Positions 19,796 through 20,000 of a stretch of 20,000 nucleotides of DNA are shown here, in pieces (positions within the stretch are counted from its first letter, which is position 1; every line of letters starts with the position of its first letter). The stretch comes from Lama guanicoe. Its lineage: Eukaryota. The notes below the pieces were generated by a model. It searched no databases. It saw only the letters and a program-made list of their open reading frames with translations, and was not told the origin of the DNA. The translations under genes were made by a program, and so were the position numbers. Location of the stretch: the NCBI GenBank assembly GCA_013239625.1, contig MU054391.1, positions 7,016,051-7,036,050 on the forward strand, written 5' to 3'.

Positions 19796-20000
19796 GTGAG
19801 CGGGGCTGTGCTCCTGGGGGTCCTGAGGAGCCAGCTGCCTAGCCCACAGCGGGGTTGGGGGGGTGGGGGGGGTTGCCAGGCCACGCTTCTGCTGCCCAAC
19901 TCTAGGCGGCACATTCACATCAGCACCATCATCATCATCATAGATTTGTATCTTTATGGTGACGGTTTTCCAGCAGATGCCGTGAAGTGTGTCTGAGACC

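Noticed and set aside
1..20000. Consensus estrogen response elements (GGTCAnnnTGACC), expected because GREB1 is estrogen-induced
   Set aside because: By eye I found only half-sites or wrongly spaced pairs (e.g. GGTCActTGACT near 16936, GGTTAtTGACC near 4885, GGACGctcTGACC near 7742), mostly inside repeats. A PWM scan would be needed to exclude weak sites.

Overview
Mammalian genomic DNA, not a prokaryotic locus. It is an internal 20-kb segment of the GREB1 gene (growth regulating estrogen receptor binding 1) on the + strand. Ten internal coding exons (2141-2326, 6093-6443, 9714-9842, 10550-10678, 11319-11516, 12174-12354, 13729-13924, 15353-15489, 18489-18828, 19680-19795; 1963 nt) have canonical AG/GT boundaries and compatible phases. 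They splice into one open frame (GHGNFPYLCG...GMDPHGESLVR, about 654 aa) matching the middle of GREB1 as I recall it. The start and stop codons lie outside the window. The introns are filled with old mammalian repeats (L2, MIR, MER5A, Charlie-like, MLT1, L1) plus three tRNA-Ala-derived SINEs resembling the camelid Vic-1 family, which suggests a camel, alpaca or llama source. I see no new multi-gene system. The most notable observations are a candidate repeat-derived alternative terminal exon at 5281 that looks like a frameshifted counterpart of the human GREB1b tail, degenerate SF2-helicase motifs (DHAH) in the protein, and several splicing features. All family and orthologue assignments are from memory, not database searches, and repeat boundaries are approximate.
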